From Ostreococcus lucimarinus (taxonomy: Eukaryota), in assembly GCA_000092065.1 (NCBI GenBank), contig CP000600.1: a stretch of 64,000 bases of DNA; one strand, 5' to 3'. This document shows, one piece after another, positions 29,488 through 39,962 of the stretch. The position numbers were made by a program, and so were the translations under genes. The notes beneath the pieces are model-generated. The model was not told the origin of the DNA and did no database searches. It worked only from the letters and a program-made list of their open reading frames with translations. Positions within the stretch are counted from its first letter, which is position 1. Every line of letters starts with the position of its first letter.

Positions 29488-31503
29488 TCACACGGTTTGG
29501 AAATCTTTCTTGGCGACGGGGTCGTCGTCTCCGTCTCTGTTCCCCGTCAACGCAGAAAGCGGCATGTATTGCTTGGACGTTCTACGCAATGCATTGAAGG
29601 CGAAAAAATGAATCCCAATTTGAAGCAAGTATTGCGCCATGATTTGTATTCCGACTTTCACGTCTTCGAACGCATACAGCTCGAGCACGGCGGCGCCAGT
29701 CTCCAAACATCTCGTAGTGCTAGACTCGCACGAGAAAGCAATAGGATCGCCACCGAATTCGTTCGACACGAGAGCGGAGTACGCATAGAATATTGGGTCC
29801 ATGAAGCGAATCCAACGCGCCCCAGCTGGGATGGAATCGATGTTCAAGTAAATGCCTCCGAAGAGCGTGAAAATTGTAATGCACGCTGGACCCAAGGCTA
29901 AAGCGGCGCCGATCGGCATCGCACTCGCCATGAGCAATCCGAGCGCGGTGAGCGACATAGCCTCGGCGATGATGATGGCGACAAAAATCCAAAAGTTGTA
30001 CTGCGTCTTACGCAGTCCGACGATCCAATACACGAGCGCGCAAAAGATCAATCTGGGAATCAATCTTGGGAGCTCCGTAACGTACTTGGACATGTAATAG
30101 GACGACCATTTGTACGCACCTGACGCGCGCTCTCTGACGACGATCCCTTTTTCTCCCGCAAACACGTTGATCGCTGGAAGTGCACTGGTGTAAGCGACGT
30201 TTAAGACGACGAAAAACAAGCAACCAATTCTATCTTGGACACCCTTTTGGTCGTGGCCGACGCCTCTGAAGAGCGCAGAAACGATGAGCGCGTACATCAT
30301 CTCCAAAGCTAACGTCACGCGAACGCCGATAAAGTCGCGTCTTTGATTTATCAATCCTCTTCGAACGAGCAAGACAAACTGCTGTATCCACGACGCGTGC
30401 GTGGGATCGTACTCCGTGGGGGCGGCGCTTCGAGCGCGATGCTGTTTGAGCGCAGACGCCACTGCCTTTTCGCCGAGACGCCTCGTCATCGCTTCAGTCG
30501 CGAAAAATTCTATTCTTTCTCTGCTCGACTTTTCTCGCTCGGGATTTCGCGCGTCCAAGGAGGTGATGTCCATGAAGTAATCCGCGGGGTTGGTGAGATT
30601 CGGGCACTCAAAGCGCAGCGACGCAAAGTAACCGACCGCGTCCTTGGCCTCGCCGATATACAGCAGCCGCCCTTCACTAATCAGCAACAACTGATCGAAC
30701 ATTCCATAAATCGACGAGCGCGGCTGATGAATCGTACACACGACCGTTCGTCCGACCGCCGCGAGCTGCCTGAGGGCGTAGACCACGCGCTGCGCCTGAA
30801 ACGAATCCAACCCACTCGTCGGCTCGTCCAAAAACAACGCCTCGGGATCGCCCACCATCTCGACGCCGATATTAACGCGTTTTCTCTCCCCCCCGCTCAC
30901 TCCTCGAGGTAATCCGCCCGGCCGCCCCACCGGACTCGCTCTGACCTTCGCCAAGCCGAGCTCCGCCACGATTTCCTCCACGCTCGCCGCCACCTCCGCC
31001 TCCGACAACCGCGCCCTCCGCAATCGACAGTGCAGCGTCAGCGTCTCCTCCACGCTCAAGAATGGAAACAGCAGTTCCTCCTGCATCACGTACGCCACCT
31101 TCTCCCGCATGAACGTCTCGTCTCGCCCCGCGTCGTCCACCGTGATCGTCCCTCGCAGCGTCCCCCCCAGCGGCGTCCGTCCCGCCAGCGCGTTCAACAG
31201 CGACGTCTTCCCGCTCCCCGTCGGTCCCATGAGCGCCAGCACTTCTCCCGGTCTCGCGCTCCCCGTGACGTCGCGCAGGATCGTCTTCGTCGTCGTCGCC
31301 TTTTCGCCGTCTCGCGTCGTCTCGACCTCGTACCGCAGCCGCTCGAACGCGAACGTCGCCCCGGCGCGCGCGCGGTTCGCGCCAAGCGTCGTCGACGCGC
31401 GGTGCAGCGCCTCGCGCGCGTACGCCTCGCGCACGTCCTCCGCGCTCGGGCGTCCCATCGCGTCGGCGCGTCGACGTGTGGCGACCGACCGCCCTTTTCT
31501 CAC
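29488..31503 (-). CDS. ABC transporter G family half-transporter (White/ABCG)
   Basis: Walker A (GPTGSGKTSLLNALAGR), ABC signature (VSGGERKRVNIG), Walker B (LFLDEPTSGLD) and the ABCG-typical IHQPRSSIY are present. A six-helix membrane domain follows. Confidence 0.85.
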   Translation of the reverse strand: MRKGRSVATRRRADAMGRPSAEDVREAYAREALHRASTTLGANRARAGATFAFERLRYEVETTRDGEKATTTKTILRDVTGSARPGEVLALMGPTGSGKTSLLNALAGRTPLGGTLRGTITVDDAGRDETFMREKVAYVMQEELLFPFLSVEETLTLHCRLRRARLSEAEVAASVEEIVAELGLAKVRASPVGRPGGLPRGVSGGERKRVNIGVEMVGDPEALFLDEPTSGLDSFQAQRVVYALRQLAAVGRTVVCTIHQPRSSIYGMFDQLLLISEGRLLYIGEAKDAVGYFASLRFECPNLTNPADYFMDITSLDARNPEREKSSRERIEFFATEAMTRRLGEKAVASALKQHRARSAAPTEYDPTHASWIQQFVLLVRRGLINQRRDFIGVRVTLALEMMYALIVSALFRGVGHDQKGVQDRIGCLFFVVLNVAYTSALPAINVFAGEKGIVVRERASGAYKWSSYYMSKYVTELPRLIPRLIFCALVYWIVGLRKTQYNFWIFVAIIIAEAMSLTALGLLMASAMPIGAALALGPACITIFTLFGGIYLNIDSIPAGARWIRFMDPIFYAYSALVSNEFGGDPIAFSCESSTTRCLETGAAVLELYAFEDVKVGIQIMAQYLLQIGIHFFAFNALRRTSKQYMPLSALTGNRDGDDDPVAKKDFQTV

Positions 31504-31576
31504 TGTTTGCGCACACGACTGGCGGACGACGCGCGCGGCACGTCCCGGCGCGATCGCCGCAGTCGCGCGCGCCCCG

Positions 31577-32647
31577 ATGCGCGCGTCGCCGCTCGCGACG
31601 CGGGCGTCGATCGACGCGCGCGCGATCGGCGCGCGACGCGACGCGAAGGCGCGGGCGCGACGCGCGCGAGACGCGCGCGCGGGCGCGACGCGGGACGACG
31701 ACGAATCGTGGGCGTTCGATCCGTTGGCGCTCGACGCGCGCGCGACGCGGGGCGCGACGCGGGGCGCGACGCGCGTCGCGAGCGGCGCGTGCGCGCTGGT
31801 GGCGGTGATCGCGTGCGGCGCGTCGGAGGACGCGCGCGCGGGCGGCGCGGCGATCGACCCGTTTTACGCGTTTTCGCCCGTGTGCCCGGCGAGCGACGGC
31901 GTGTTTCGAGTCGGACAGCGCGCGGCGATATCGCTCGCGGGAGACGAGAACATTGAAAATTATCGACCGTTGATAAATGATGTGCTGATACGGGTGCGGA
32001 CGGAGTTGTGCGTGTTGGAATCGTTCGTGCGAGAGACGGCGGTGCCGTTCGTGCGAGAGAAGGGCTTGGGATGGGTGCTGCCGAGGAGAGAGACGAGCGA
32101 GACGTATCTCGCGGGCGTGGTGTTCATGCTCGGCGCGAATTTCATTTTGCTCGGTTCGACCAAGGTTGTGGCCATCATGGCCATCTATCACGATCTGAGT
32201 CTTGGGTTGGCGACGCGCTTGTTTGGCTCGGCGCTCGGCGCGCTCGGGCCGACGAATGAGCGAGAAAAGCGCGAGAAGGAGTTGAACAAGGTGATGGATG
32301 AACAGATGAACGAGCTAAAGGGGGTGATGTCGAACTGGACGATCGGTAAAGACGATCGCGCGAGGAAGACGCAGGAAATTAACGACAAGTACGCGACGAA
32401 ACTGGAAGCTTTGCGCGGTTCGCAAGAGGAGCGAAGCGATCGCGACGACGCCGTCGGGTTGAGTAAATTCAGACAAGTCGCCGGCGTAGTCGCAGTTCCG
32501 CTCAAGGTGTACGGCACCGTCAGTTCGAAAGGCCGCCAAGTCTTAGAGGTCTTCGACACGTTCTGTTCGCGATATTTTGTCGCCTTCACGGTGACGTACA
32601 TAATCATCAAAACCGCGCATTACACGGTGTTGAAAGATTTCCCGTGA
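31577..32647 (+). CDS. hypothetical membrane/coiled-coil protein, possibly organelle-targeted
   Basis: ORF 31109..32647 trimmed to the ATG at 31577. It has an Arg/Ala-rich presequence, a conserved-looking block (PFYAFSPVCPASDGVF...ENIENYRPLINDVLIRV), one hydrophobic helix (AGVVFMLGANFILLGSTKVVAIMAIY) and a charged coiled-coil tail. Confidence 0.4.
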   Translation: MRASPLATRASIDARAIGARRDAKARARRARDARAGATRDDDESWAFDPLALDARATRGATRGATRVASGACALVAVIACGASEDARAGGAAIDPFYAFSPVCPASDGVFRVGQRAAISLAGDENIENYRPLINDVLIRVRTELCVLESFVRETAVPFVREKGLGWVLPRRETSETYLAGVVFMLGANFILLGSTKVVAIMAIYHDLSLGLATRLFGSALGALGPTNEREKREKELNKVMDEQMNELKGVMSNWTIGKDDRARKTQEINDKYATKLEALRGSQEERSDRDDAVGLSKFRQVAGVVAVPLKVYGTVSSKGRQVLEVFDTFCSRYFVAFTVTYIIIKTAHYTVLKDFP

Positions 32648-32708
32648 TTCGAGACGGTTAGTAATACATTGTAGTCTACACATCCACGCGCACCGTGCGG
32701 TGCCGATT

Positions 32709-33302
32709 TCACGTTTTCGGACGTCGAACGTAACGCGCCAACCGAGTGGCGTGCGCCCCCGTCGACGCGGCCAGCGCGCTCTCGCACGCGTCCTTCAGCG
32801 CCTTGAGCGTTTGATAATCCGTCTCCGCGAGCGTCGTCTTCTTCGTCCCGCCGTCGTCGCCGCGCGCCAATCCCAGTTTCAACAAATACTTCGCCTCGCT
32901 CTCCACCAGCGACGCTCGACTCGAGACGTTCGCATCTAATCGCCACTCCAACCCATCGTACGCGTCGCTTCTGTTCGTCGCCGTCCCTCGTCGCGTCGCC
33001 GCGCCTCGTTCGCCCCGCAGCGCCTCCTCCGCGTACCGCCTCGTCAGCGTCTCCGCCTTGGCGTCGTCGAACCCGAATCCCCGCATGCGCTTCCCGAACG
33101 CATCGCTCGTCACGCATCCTCGCGCGCACTCCGCGAACGCCCACGCGAGCGCCCTCGCGTCGCTCGCCGCGCGCTCGACCGCGCGCTCGCCCGACGCCAG
33201 CGCCATGGCGTCCTCGCACGCCGCGTCGACGACGTCGAGCGATCGCGCGGCGAGCGCGCGCAGGTCGCGCTCGATCGCTTTCGTCCACACCACGGGTTCC
33301 AT
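32709..33302 (-). CDS. COMM-domain-like protein (hypothetical)
   Basis: The lower 594 nt of ORF 32709..34508, starting at the ATG at 33302. The C-terminal segment (LEWRLDANVSSRASLVESEAKYLLKLGLA...KKTTLAETDYQTLKALKDACESAL) fits the COMM-domain pattern. The rest of the ORF is antisense to the transporter gene. Confidence 0.4.
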   Translation of the reverse strand: MEPVVWTKAIERDLRALAARSLDVVDAACEDAMALASGERAVERAASDARALAWAFAECARGCVTSDAFGKRMRGFGFDDAKAETLTRRYAEEALRGERGAATRRGTATNRSDAYDGLEWRLDANVSSRASLVESEAKYLLKLGLARGDDGGTKKTTLAETDYQTLKALKDACESALAASTGAHATRLARYVRRPKT

Positions 33303-33551
33303 GGCGCCGCGCGCGAGGCGACGCGCGACGCGACCGCGCGAACGTCTGCCGTCGATGGACGACGCCCAACACCCTCCGTTTGAGGACCGCAGTGCGCGAC
33401 GGTCGGACCGCGCGCGACGACGCGCGAGGCGGCGACGACGCGCGAACCGAAAGAAAGAACGAACGAACGCGCGCGCGCGACGACGCGCGGGTCGAACGCG
33501 CGCGAACGAAGCGACGACGCGCGCGCGAAAGAAGCGACGAGGGCGAACACC

Positions 33552-34562
33552 ATGAGCGACGTCGGCGGGAAGAGCGCGAAAGAGCTGTCGATGTCGGCGT
33601 ATCTCACGGCGATGACGTATGGGGTGGCGTACATCACCGCCGCGACGACGATCATCATGCTGAATAAGTACATGCTGAGCGTGACGGCGTTTCATTATCC
33701 CATCGTGTTGTCGTCGCTGGGCGTCGTCTGCGGGTGGACGCTGAGCCTGATCGGCGTGCACGTGACGAAGACGGTGGATATCTCCACGCACGGTGATATT
33801 ACGTTTACGACGTGGGTGAAGAACGTGTTGCCGATCGGGTTTTTTCAAGGAACGACGCTGATGCTCGGGAACATGGCGTACTTTCATCTCACGCTGTCGT
33901 TTTTGCAAATGGTCAAGGCGCTGTCGCCGGCGGTGTTGTTCTTCATCTTGTATCTCACTGGGTTGGATAAGTGGCACGCCAAAGTCGCCATGGCGGTGGC
34001 TGTTATTATTGGCGGTACGTTGATCGCGTCGCTCGGCGAGACGAGCTTCACGTGGGTCGGATTCGCTTTGATTTTTGGCGCAGAATTGACAGAGGCGTTT
34101 AAGAACGCGTTGATGCAATTCTTGCTCGCGAATAAAAAGTTCAGCATGTGGGAAGGGATGTACTTCATCTCCCCCGCCTCGCTTATCTTTCTTCTTCTCG
34201 CCGCGACGGCGTTCGAATTCAAGCACATGCGTGAGAACGACGCTTGGGGCATGATGGTGGACAAGCCTTACTTGTTCGTCGCCGCCGGCTTTTTGGGCTT
34301 CGTCGTCAACTTTTGTTCCCTCGGCGTCATCAAGCACATCGGTTCTCTCACCCTCAAAGTCCTCGCTCAGCTCCGATCGATTCTCATCATCGTCTTCGGC
34401 GTCGTCTTCTACCACGACGTCGTCACCCCGATGCAAATGTTCGGTTACGGCGTCGCCCTCGTCGGTTTCACCGCATACAACGTCGCCAAGGTGCAGGCCA
34501 AGGAGCAAGAGATTTTAGAAGAACAGCGCGAGGCGGGACTGAGCAAGCCGCTCTTACCCTGA
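33552..34562 (+). CDS. triose-phosphate/nucleotide-sugar transporter family (DMT superfamily, SLC35-like)
   Basis: 336 aa with about 10 TM helices. The sequence organisation is typical of the TPT/NST family (e.g. LGNMAYFHLTLSFLQMVKALSPAVLFF, FCSLGVIKHIGSLTLKVLAQLRSILIIVFGVVFYHD). Confidence 0.75.
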   Translation: MSDVGGKSAKELSMSAYLTAMTYGVAYITAATTIIMLNKYMLSVTAFHYPIVLSSLGVVCGWTLSLIGVHVTKTVDISTHGDITFTTWVKNVLPIGFFQGTTLMLGNMAYFHLTLSFLQMVKALSPAVLFFILYLTGLDKWHAKVAMAVAVIIGGTLIASLGETSFTWVGFALIFGAELTEAFKNALMQFLLANKKFSMWEGMYFISPASLIFLLLAATAFEFKHMRENDAWGMMVDKPYLFVAAGFLGFVVNFCSLGVIKHIGSLTLKVLAQLRSILIIVFGVVFYHDVVTPMQMFGYGVALVGFTAYNVAKVQAKEQEILEEQREAGLSKPLLP

Positions 34563-34724
34563 GCGCCGAACGATCGCATCTGATGTGTGTAGCTTTTCGT
34601 AGTCATGTATTCACTGATCTAGCTCTTCTTCCAATCGTTTCATCCGTCCCGCGCCGCCGCCTCGCGCGCGCGGTTTGAATGTCACCACGCATTCAAACCG
34701 CACTCGCGGTCGCGTCGGCTCGCC

Positions 34725-35499
34725 ATGGCGAGCACGAGCTTCGGCAAGAAGGCGTGCGAACTCGTGCGAGAGATCGCGGAGAGCGAGGCCGGGACGCTAC
34801 CGCCGTACAATCAGGATTTAATGCGCACGATCGCCGATCAGTGCGCGGACCACGGCGAGGCTATGCAGACGCTGGCGGTTCAGATTAACGAAGTGAACGA
34901 CGCCGAGGACGACGGCGCCGAGGACGCGGACGCGAGAGAAGATAAGACAGGGTCGTTGCGCACGGGGATGTTCGCGCATCATCAGGTGAGCGCGAGAGAT
35001 GCGGGAATCGAGGCGGCGAATCGAAGACGCGCGAGACGCGAGCGAAACGAATCAAACGAACGAACGAACGAACGAACGACGAACGAGCGACTGACTGCGT
35101 TTGCGTCGCGAATAGGCGATATTGCGGAATAAACGCGCGATGTTGGTGTACCTGAACGAGCGCATGAACAGGATAAAAGATCTTCGATGGCAAATCGGCA
35201 CCGGTTTGCCGGACAACGTGTCCTCCAACCTGAGTCACGGCGAACGCGCCTTCTTCACCAAGTACTCGGAAAATCTGAACGAATACATGCGAGAGGTGGA
35301 TTTGAACTTGACGTTAGATTTAGAACCGCCGAAGCATCACAAGATACAGGTGCGATGCTTGGAAGATCGCGGGGAGTTGTTCACCAGGGACGGCTCGGTG
35401 GATCTCAAGCGCAACACGGTGCACTTGATGTGGAGAGAGGAAGCGCAGCCGCTCATCCGCGAGGGCGTCCTCGAGCAGCTCGACGACGATGGGTGTTAG
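34725..35499 (+). CDS. GINS1: GINS complex subunit Psf1 (GINS1), two exons: 34725..34985 and 35116..35499
   Basis: Exon 1 ends at CAG|gtgagc. Exon 2 starts after aatag|GCG ATA TTG CGG AAT AAA CGC... The spliced product (…GMFAHHQ|AILRNKRAMLVYLNERMNRIKDLRW…KIQVRCLEDRGELFTRDGSVDLKRNTVHLMWREEAQPLIREGVLEQL) aligns along its length with human GINS1. The intron is 130 bp. Confidence 0.75.
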
Positions 35500-35610
35500 C
35501 GGCGTGTAGAATCAATTGAATTATAGGGAAGTAATATGCTATCCGTTCGTCGTTCGCGCTCGACGCGTCGTAATCCATTCCGTTTTCCGTCGGCTCGCTC
35601 CGCGACTCGC

Positions 35611-36117
35611 TCAAATCGCGAGCGGCGAGAGCACTCTCGGCAGCGCCTCGACGTTGGCCAAAAACGCGAAGAGCGAAAACAGCACCCCGAGCGTCGGCAT
35701 CAATCGCGGTCCCGGCCACTCGAGCGGATTTCTCGGCGTCTCGTCGAATCTCTTCGCGTACTGATAGCCCAACGCGAGCGTCGCGACCGCCCCCAGCGCC
35801 AGTCCCGCGGGCGACGCCAGTTCGTTATCGCTCTGGATCAGCGCGAACGCCCCGCACAGCGCACCGCTCGCCGGGCCGACGAACGCGAGATTCGGTCGTC
35901 CCGGCGTGCCCTCCGCGACGTTTTCCCGCGTGTTCAGCGCTTCGCCCATCACGCACAGCGCGAACGCGACGTCTTGCTGCGCCACGGCGTAGGCGACGTT
36001 CGCGTCCACCGCGCGCGCGGCGGTGCGTTCACCGCGCGCGAGCGACGCGCGCCTCGAGACGCGCGCGACGCGCGCTCGCGCGAGCGTCGTCGTCGTCGTC
36101 GACGTCGTCATCGCCAT
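35611..36117 (-). CDS. small hydrophobic membrane protein (hypothetical; weak TMEM14-like Gly/Ala-rich helices)
   Basis: ORF 35611..36498 trimmed to MAMTTSTTTT at 36117. It has Gly/Ala-rich hydrophobic segments (FVGPASGALCGAFALIQ, GLALGAVATLALGYQYAKRF). The start lies only 9 bp from the divergent neighbour. Confidence 0.3.
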   Translation of the reverse strand: MAMTTSTTTTTLARARVARVSRRASLARGERTAARAVDANVAYAVAQQDVAFALCVMGEALNTRENVAEGTPGRPNLAFVGPASGALCGAFALIQSDNELASPAGLALGAVATLALGYQYAKRFDETPRNPLEWPGPRLMPTLGVLFSLFAFLANVEALPRVLSPLAI

Positions 36118-36126
36118 CGCCGCAGA

Positions 36127-36882
36127 ATGAGGCGCACCGCCGCGCGCGCGGCGCGCGCGTCTCGAAGCGCGCGCGAGTACCTGCCGAAGGCGTTTCCGTC
36201 GCTCGACGCCGACGACGTCGCGCGCGAGCTCTTCGACGACGCGCGCGCGGTGGCGACGTTCGGCGCGAGCGACGAGGCGACGGCGCGAAAACAGCTGGGA
36301 CACGCGTGCGCGCAGGCGATCGGAGGCGAAGCGCGCCGGTGCAGGCACGGATACAGTCGCGCGCTGCTGTACGCGCCGGCGTCGACGACGACGACGGACG
36401 CGAGGGCGGCGCTCAAGGCGGAGCACGCGCTGTCGAGACTGAGCTGTCCCGAACTCATCGAAGCCGTCGACGCGTGGGAGCGCGAGGGAGGGATACACGC
36501 CGTCGCGGCGGCGTGCGACGCGGACGAAAGTTTATTCCAAAGCCTGGAGCGGGCGCATCGAGACGCGCCGAGGGTGCGAAACTGGTTGGTGGGCGAGGAG
36601 ACGAGCGCGCGGGTGCGCGAAGGCGAGACGAAAACGGATTTCATCGTCAACAGAACGGGGTTAGTTGGGGTGAGTTTAGAGGCGCTGACGAGCCAGAAGA
36701 CGTGGAAGAAGGTGAAATGTCTTCACGCGCACATAGCGGACACTTTGGTGCGGGGGAGAGGGAAGAATGCGGTCGGCGCGTTTGCGCTCGACGTTCTTCG
36801 CACGAGAAGAGGCGTCGACGTCGACGGAACGCCCGAGTGCTGGCGCAGATGCGCGCCAGGGGTAGCGGAGAGTAGAAAGTAG
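36127..36882 (+). CDS. conserved hypothetical protein (possibly a cyanobacterial-type DUF)
   Basis: ORF 35536..36882 trimmed to the ATG at 36127. It has a structured non-repetitive C-terminal 200 aa (KVKCLHAHIADTLVRGRGKNAVGAFALDVL). No family can be named with confidence. Confidence 0.35.
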   Translation: MRRTAARAARASRSAREYLPKAFPSLDADDVARELFDDARAVATFGASDEATARKQLGHACAQAIGGEARRCRHGYSRALLYAPASTTTTDARAALKAEHALSRLSCPELIEAVDAWEREGGIHAVAAACDADESLFQSLERAHRDAPRVRNWLVGEETSARVREGETKTDFIVNRTGLVGVSLEALTSQKTWKKVKCLHAHIADTLVRGRGKNAVGAFALDVLRTRRGVDVDGTPECWRRCAPGVAESRK

Positions 36883-36946
36883 AATGCGCTAGGGTAGAGT
36901 ATTAATAGAAAATAGCATAGCTGCGAGGGAACGAGCGGGGCGAGCG

Positions 36947-37990
36947 CTATCGACAAAACGACGAACTCAACGCTTTGGAGACGGAAATTCTCTGCGACCT
37001 GTTCGCCACGAGACCGCACACTAATTTCCAACCCGCCCCGTCGTTTTCATCGAGAATCGCGAAATCGCTTTGCCTGCGCTCGGGCAGGCTCGCTCGCCAG
37101 GCTTCGCAGTCGTACGCCCAAGTTTTCAATTCTCCTCGAACGCCCTTCATGCCATTCTTTTTCCGAAACGCCGGAACGCTCACTTGCAAGATCACCATGC
37201 CCACCGAGAACGCGTCGAATAAATCGGGTTTATTCTTGTTCCACTCCCCAGCCCCTCCACCGCCGCCAAACTTCCCCGTGAGATATCGCTCGGGCGGCCC
37301 GTAGACGGGATCGAAAACCGTCTCCGCCTCGTCGTAGTTTTGCCCCGTCTTCAAATCTGCCGCCCCACCGAGATCGATCAGCCGCAATCCGTTCTTCGTG
37401 AGCAACACGTTGTTAGGTTTCACGTCCCTGTGAATGATCTTTTTGTCGTGAAGCCCCTTGACGCACTTGAGGAGTTCGCGACTCACCTTCTTGCACGCCT
37501 GCGCCTCCGTGGCGCACCCCAGCGCCTCCGCGAACGCCGCGCCGTCTCGTCCGCCTCCGAACACTCCCCCGAGTCCACCACCGCCGAGCGCGCCCTCGAG
37601 CGTGTCGCGTCCCTCGTCTTCGAACACGAGGTACGCGTTCGCGCCCGCGACGCCCAGAAACGTCGCGCCGCCGCGCCACCCCCTCGCGCGCCGCCAGATT
37701 CGCCCCTCCGCCTCGACGAACCGCGCGCCGCCTCGAAACGCGCTGCCCTCTTTCAGCACCACCGCCGTGCGCCCGCGGAGCGTGCCCGCGAAGACGTCGC
37801 CGAACGAGCCCGCGCCGATCTTCTCGCCGCGTCGCACGTCCGCGAGCGCGATGTCCCCGGCAAAGTCGCGCCCGCCGTCGTCGGACTCCGCGAACGCGCG
37901 CGGCGGCGGCGGCGACGCGCGGCGCGTCGAGCGGCGCGGCGCGCGCGCGCGCGGGGTCGTCGGAACGCGCGAGGTCGAGGCGACGCGCAT
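36947..37990 (-). CDS. Ser/Thr protein kinase, STN7/STN8-like (thylakoid state-transition kinase type)
   Basis: Gly loop GAGSFGDVF, VLKE, catalytic IIHRDVKPNNVLL, and the STN-characteristic LIDLGGAADL (DLG in place of DFG) followed by NYDEAETVFDPVYGPPERY. The presequence is transit-peptide-like. Confidence 0.65.
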   Translation of the reverse strand: MRVASTSRVPTTPRARAPRRSTRRASPPPPRAFAESDDGGRDFAGDIALADVRRGEKIGAGSFGDVFAGTLRGRTAVVLKEGSAFRGGARFVEAEGRIWRRARGWRGGATFLGVAGANAYLVFEDEGRDTLEGALGGGGLGGVFGGGRDGAAFAEALGCATEAQACKKVSRELLKCVKGLHDKKIIHRDVKPNNVLLTKNGLRLIDLGGAADLKTGQNYDEAETVFDPVYGPPERYLTGKFGGGGGAGEWNKNKPDLFDAFSVGMVILQVSVPAFRKKNGMKGVRGELKTWAYDCEAWRASLPERRQSDFAILDENDGAGWKLVCGLVANRSQRISVSKALSSSFCR

Positions 37991-38034
37991 GGGTGTGACG
38001 CCGCAGAGCGCGACGGCGAGCGCGCGCGCGCGGC

Positions 38035-39717
38035 ATGGCGAGCGAACGCGCGCGCGACGGCGACGACGGCGACGATGCGATGCGCGCGATGGGGACGCAG
38101 CGCGCGCGCGCGGTGACGCTCGTCGCGCGCGCGCGCGCGGAAGATGCCGCGGACGTCGAGCGCGAATCCGAAGACTTTGACGACGCGCGGCGACGCGCGC
38201 GGCGCGAGGCGAGCGGTGCGGAGGGCGGGAAGAGCGCGCGCGAGGGCGCGATGACGCCCGCGGGGTACAGAGCGACGCTGCGCGACGAGGACGGGGAAGA
38301 TTACGCGTCGATGCGACACGCCCTCGACGCGCTTCGGAACATCGATAAAGTCGACGCGTCGGGAGGTGCGGACGCGCGCGGTGCGTCGAACGCGGCGCGC
38401 GAGGGATGGGCGAGCGCGCGGGCGAGCGCGATCGCGGGCGACGCGGACCGCGGGACGTACGAGGTGGTCGAGACGCTGCGCGCGGGCGGAGCGGCGTCGA
38501 GCGCGAGTTTTAGTAAAGTCGGCGAGAGGAGTCTGGCGATCGGTGATCGCGCTGGATCGATCCTCGTGAGGCGATGCGCGACGGATGATATGGCGTGCGC
38601 GTCGACGAGCGAGGTCGGGGCGCACGATGGGGAGATTGTTGGCATGGATTGGAGTTTGAACGGCGGACGCCTGGTAACTGTAGGCAAGGTGGGGGAAGTG
38701 AAAACGTGGAACGTGACGCACACGTCCAAGACGACGATACAAATGACGAAGCAGAGCGCTTTTAAGGTGCATACTGAGGTGACGTGTGTTCTGTTTCACG
38801 CGGCGAAAGACGATCTCGTTTTTGTGGGCACGAAGTTGCGAGAGGTGCTCGTCGTCGACGTCCAGGTCGGAGTCCTCTTGGACAAGTTCACGATGAACGC
38901 GGTACCGCTTTGCATGGAATCCAACACATCAGGGTGTGTTCTGTTCGTCGGTGACGCTGAGGGCAATATCAGCGTGTTGACGTGCGACGCTCGAATGAAG
39001 AAGACGCTGTCACTCAAGTCTGAAGGCGACGCTGCGGTTGAAAATCCACTTCAGCGCGTCATCAATGAAAGATCGGCGAGTCAATCAGAGAGGATGAGCG
39101 TGGTCGGGCATCAACAGCTGCCTGATGAAGATGGAAGTGACCCGTCGACGGTAGGATCGAAACTCCGCTCGACACTCGCATCGATGCTTTCAAAGGCAAA
39201 AACCGCGGTGCCCGTGCCGCGGGTGGCTCAAGTGAAGACTGGGTATCGCTTGCGAGCGGCAAAAACGATTTCTGCAGAAAAATCGCCGATTCGCGCGATA
39301 CGCTATTGTCCGTTCGTTACAATCACGGGTAGAGCTGCGTTGTTGAGCTTCCATGAGTGCGGTATCGTGCGTATGTATCACGCAAACGATTTGCGGTACT
39401 CGTCTTTTAACTCTTTCACCCACGGACAAATACACGATTGGACCACTCCGGCCCGCGGTAGTGGCGCCGTTTCTTTCGCACACGGACACTCCATCGATCT
39501 GCCCCTCTTATCCGCCTCTAGAGCCAATCGAACGGCACTATACGTCATGCCCACTATTCCCGAAGCACCGATCCAGGCCTTGCAGTTCACCGACGATGTA
39601 GAAGAGAATAGCGAACAAGCTGTGGATATTGCAACCGTATCGGAATGGTCGCACGATTCCACCGAGCTTGTTATCGGTTATGCGTCGGGTAAATTGGTCG
39701 TCTGGCGCAAGATGTGA
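38035..39717 (+). CDS. WD40-repeat protein
   Basis: 560 aa with several WD-like blades (GKVGEVKTWNV, LVIGYASGKLVVWRKM at the C-terminus). Confidence 0.6.
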   Translation: MASERARDGDDGDDAMRAMGTQRARAVTLVARARAEDAADVERESEDFDDARRRARREASGAEGGKSAREGAMTPAGYRATLRDEDGEDYASMRHALDALRNIDKVDASGGADARGASNAAREGWASARASAIAGDADRGTYEVVETLRAGGAASSASFSKVGERSLAIGDRAGSILVRRCATDDMACASTSEVGAHDGEIVGMDWSLNGGRLVTVGKVGEVKTWNVTHTSKTTIQMTKQSAFKVHTEVTCVLFHAAKDDLVFVGTKLREVLVVDVQVGVLLDKFTMNAVPLCMESNTSGCVLFVGDAEGNISVLTCDARMKKTLSLKSEGDAAVENPLQRVINERSASQSERMSVVGHQQLPDEDGSDPSTVGSKLRSTLASMLSKAKTAVPVPRVAQVKTGYRLRAAKTISAEKSPIRAIRYCPFVTITGRAALLSFHECGIVRMYHANDLRYSSFNSFTHGQIHDWTTPARGSGAVSFAHGHSIDLPLLSASRANRTALYVMPTIPEAPIQALQFTDDVEENSEQAVDIATVSEWSHDSTELVIGYASGKLVVWRKM

Positions 39718-39786
39718 TGTTTTCTGTATTCAAATTATCCTGTTGTTGCAATTTTAAATTTGAGCTCGCTGCGCGATGTTTTCTTT

Positions 39787-39863
39787 TCCTCTTCCAATCC
39801 TCTTCCAATCCTCTTCCAATCCTCTTCCAATCCTCTTCCAATCCTCTTCCAATCCTCTTCCAA
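39787..39863. repeat. 11-nt tandem repeat (tcctcttccaa) x7
   Basis: Perfect copies lie in the convergent 3' intergenic/UTR region between the WD40 gene and the transportin gene. Confidence 0.9.
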
Positions 39864-39962
39864 ATCCCATATCTCTCCTTCAACCATCTCCCTACTTCCT
39901 AAACAATTCCTAAAAGTCCTTACCCTGACCTTTTCCAATCTGGCTGCGTCCTCATGCAACCG

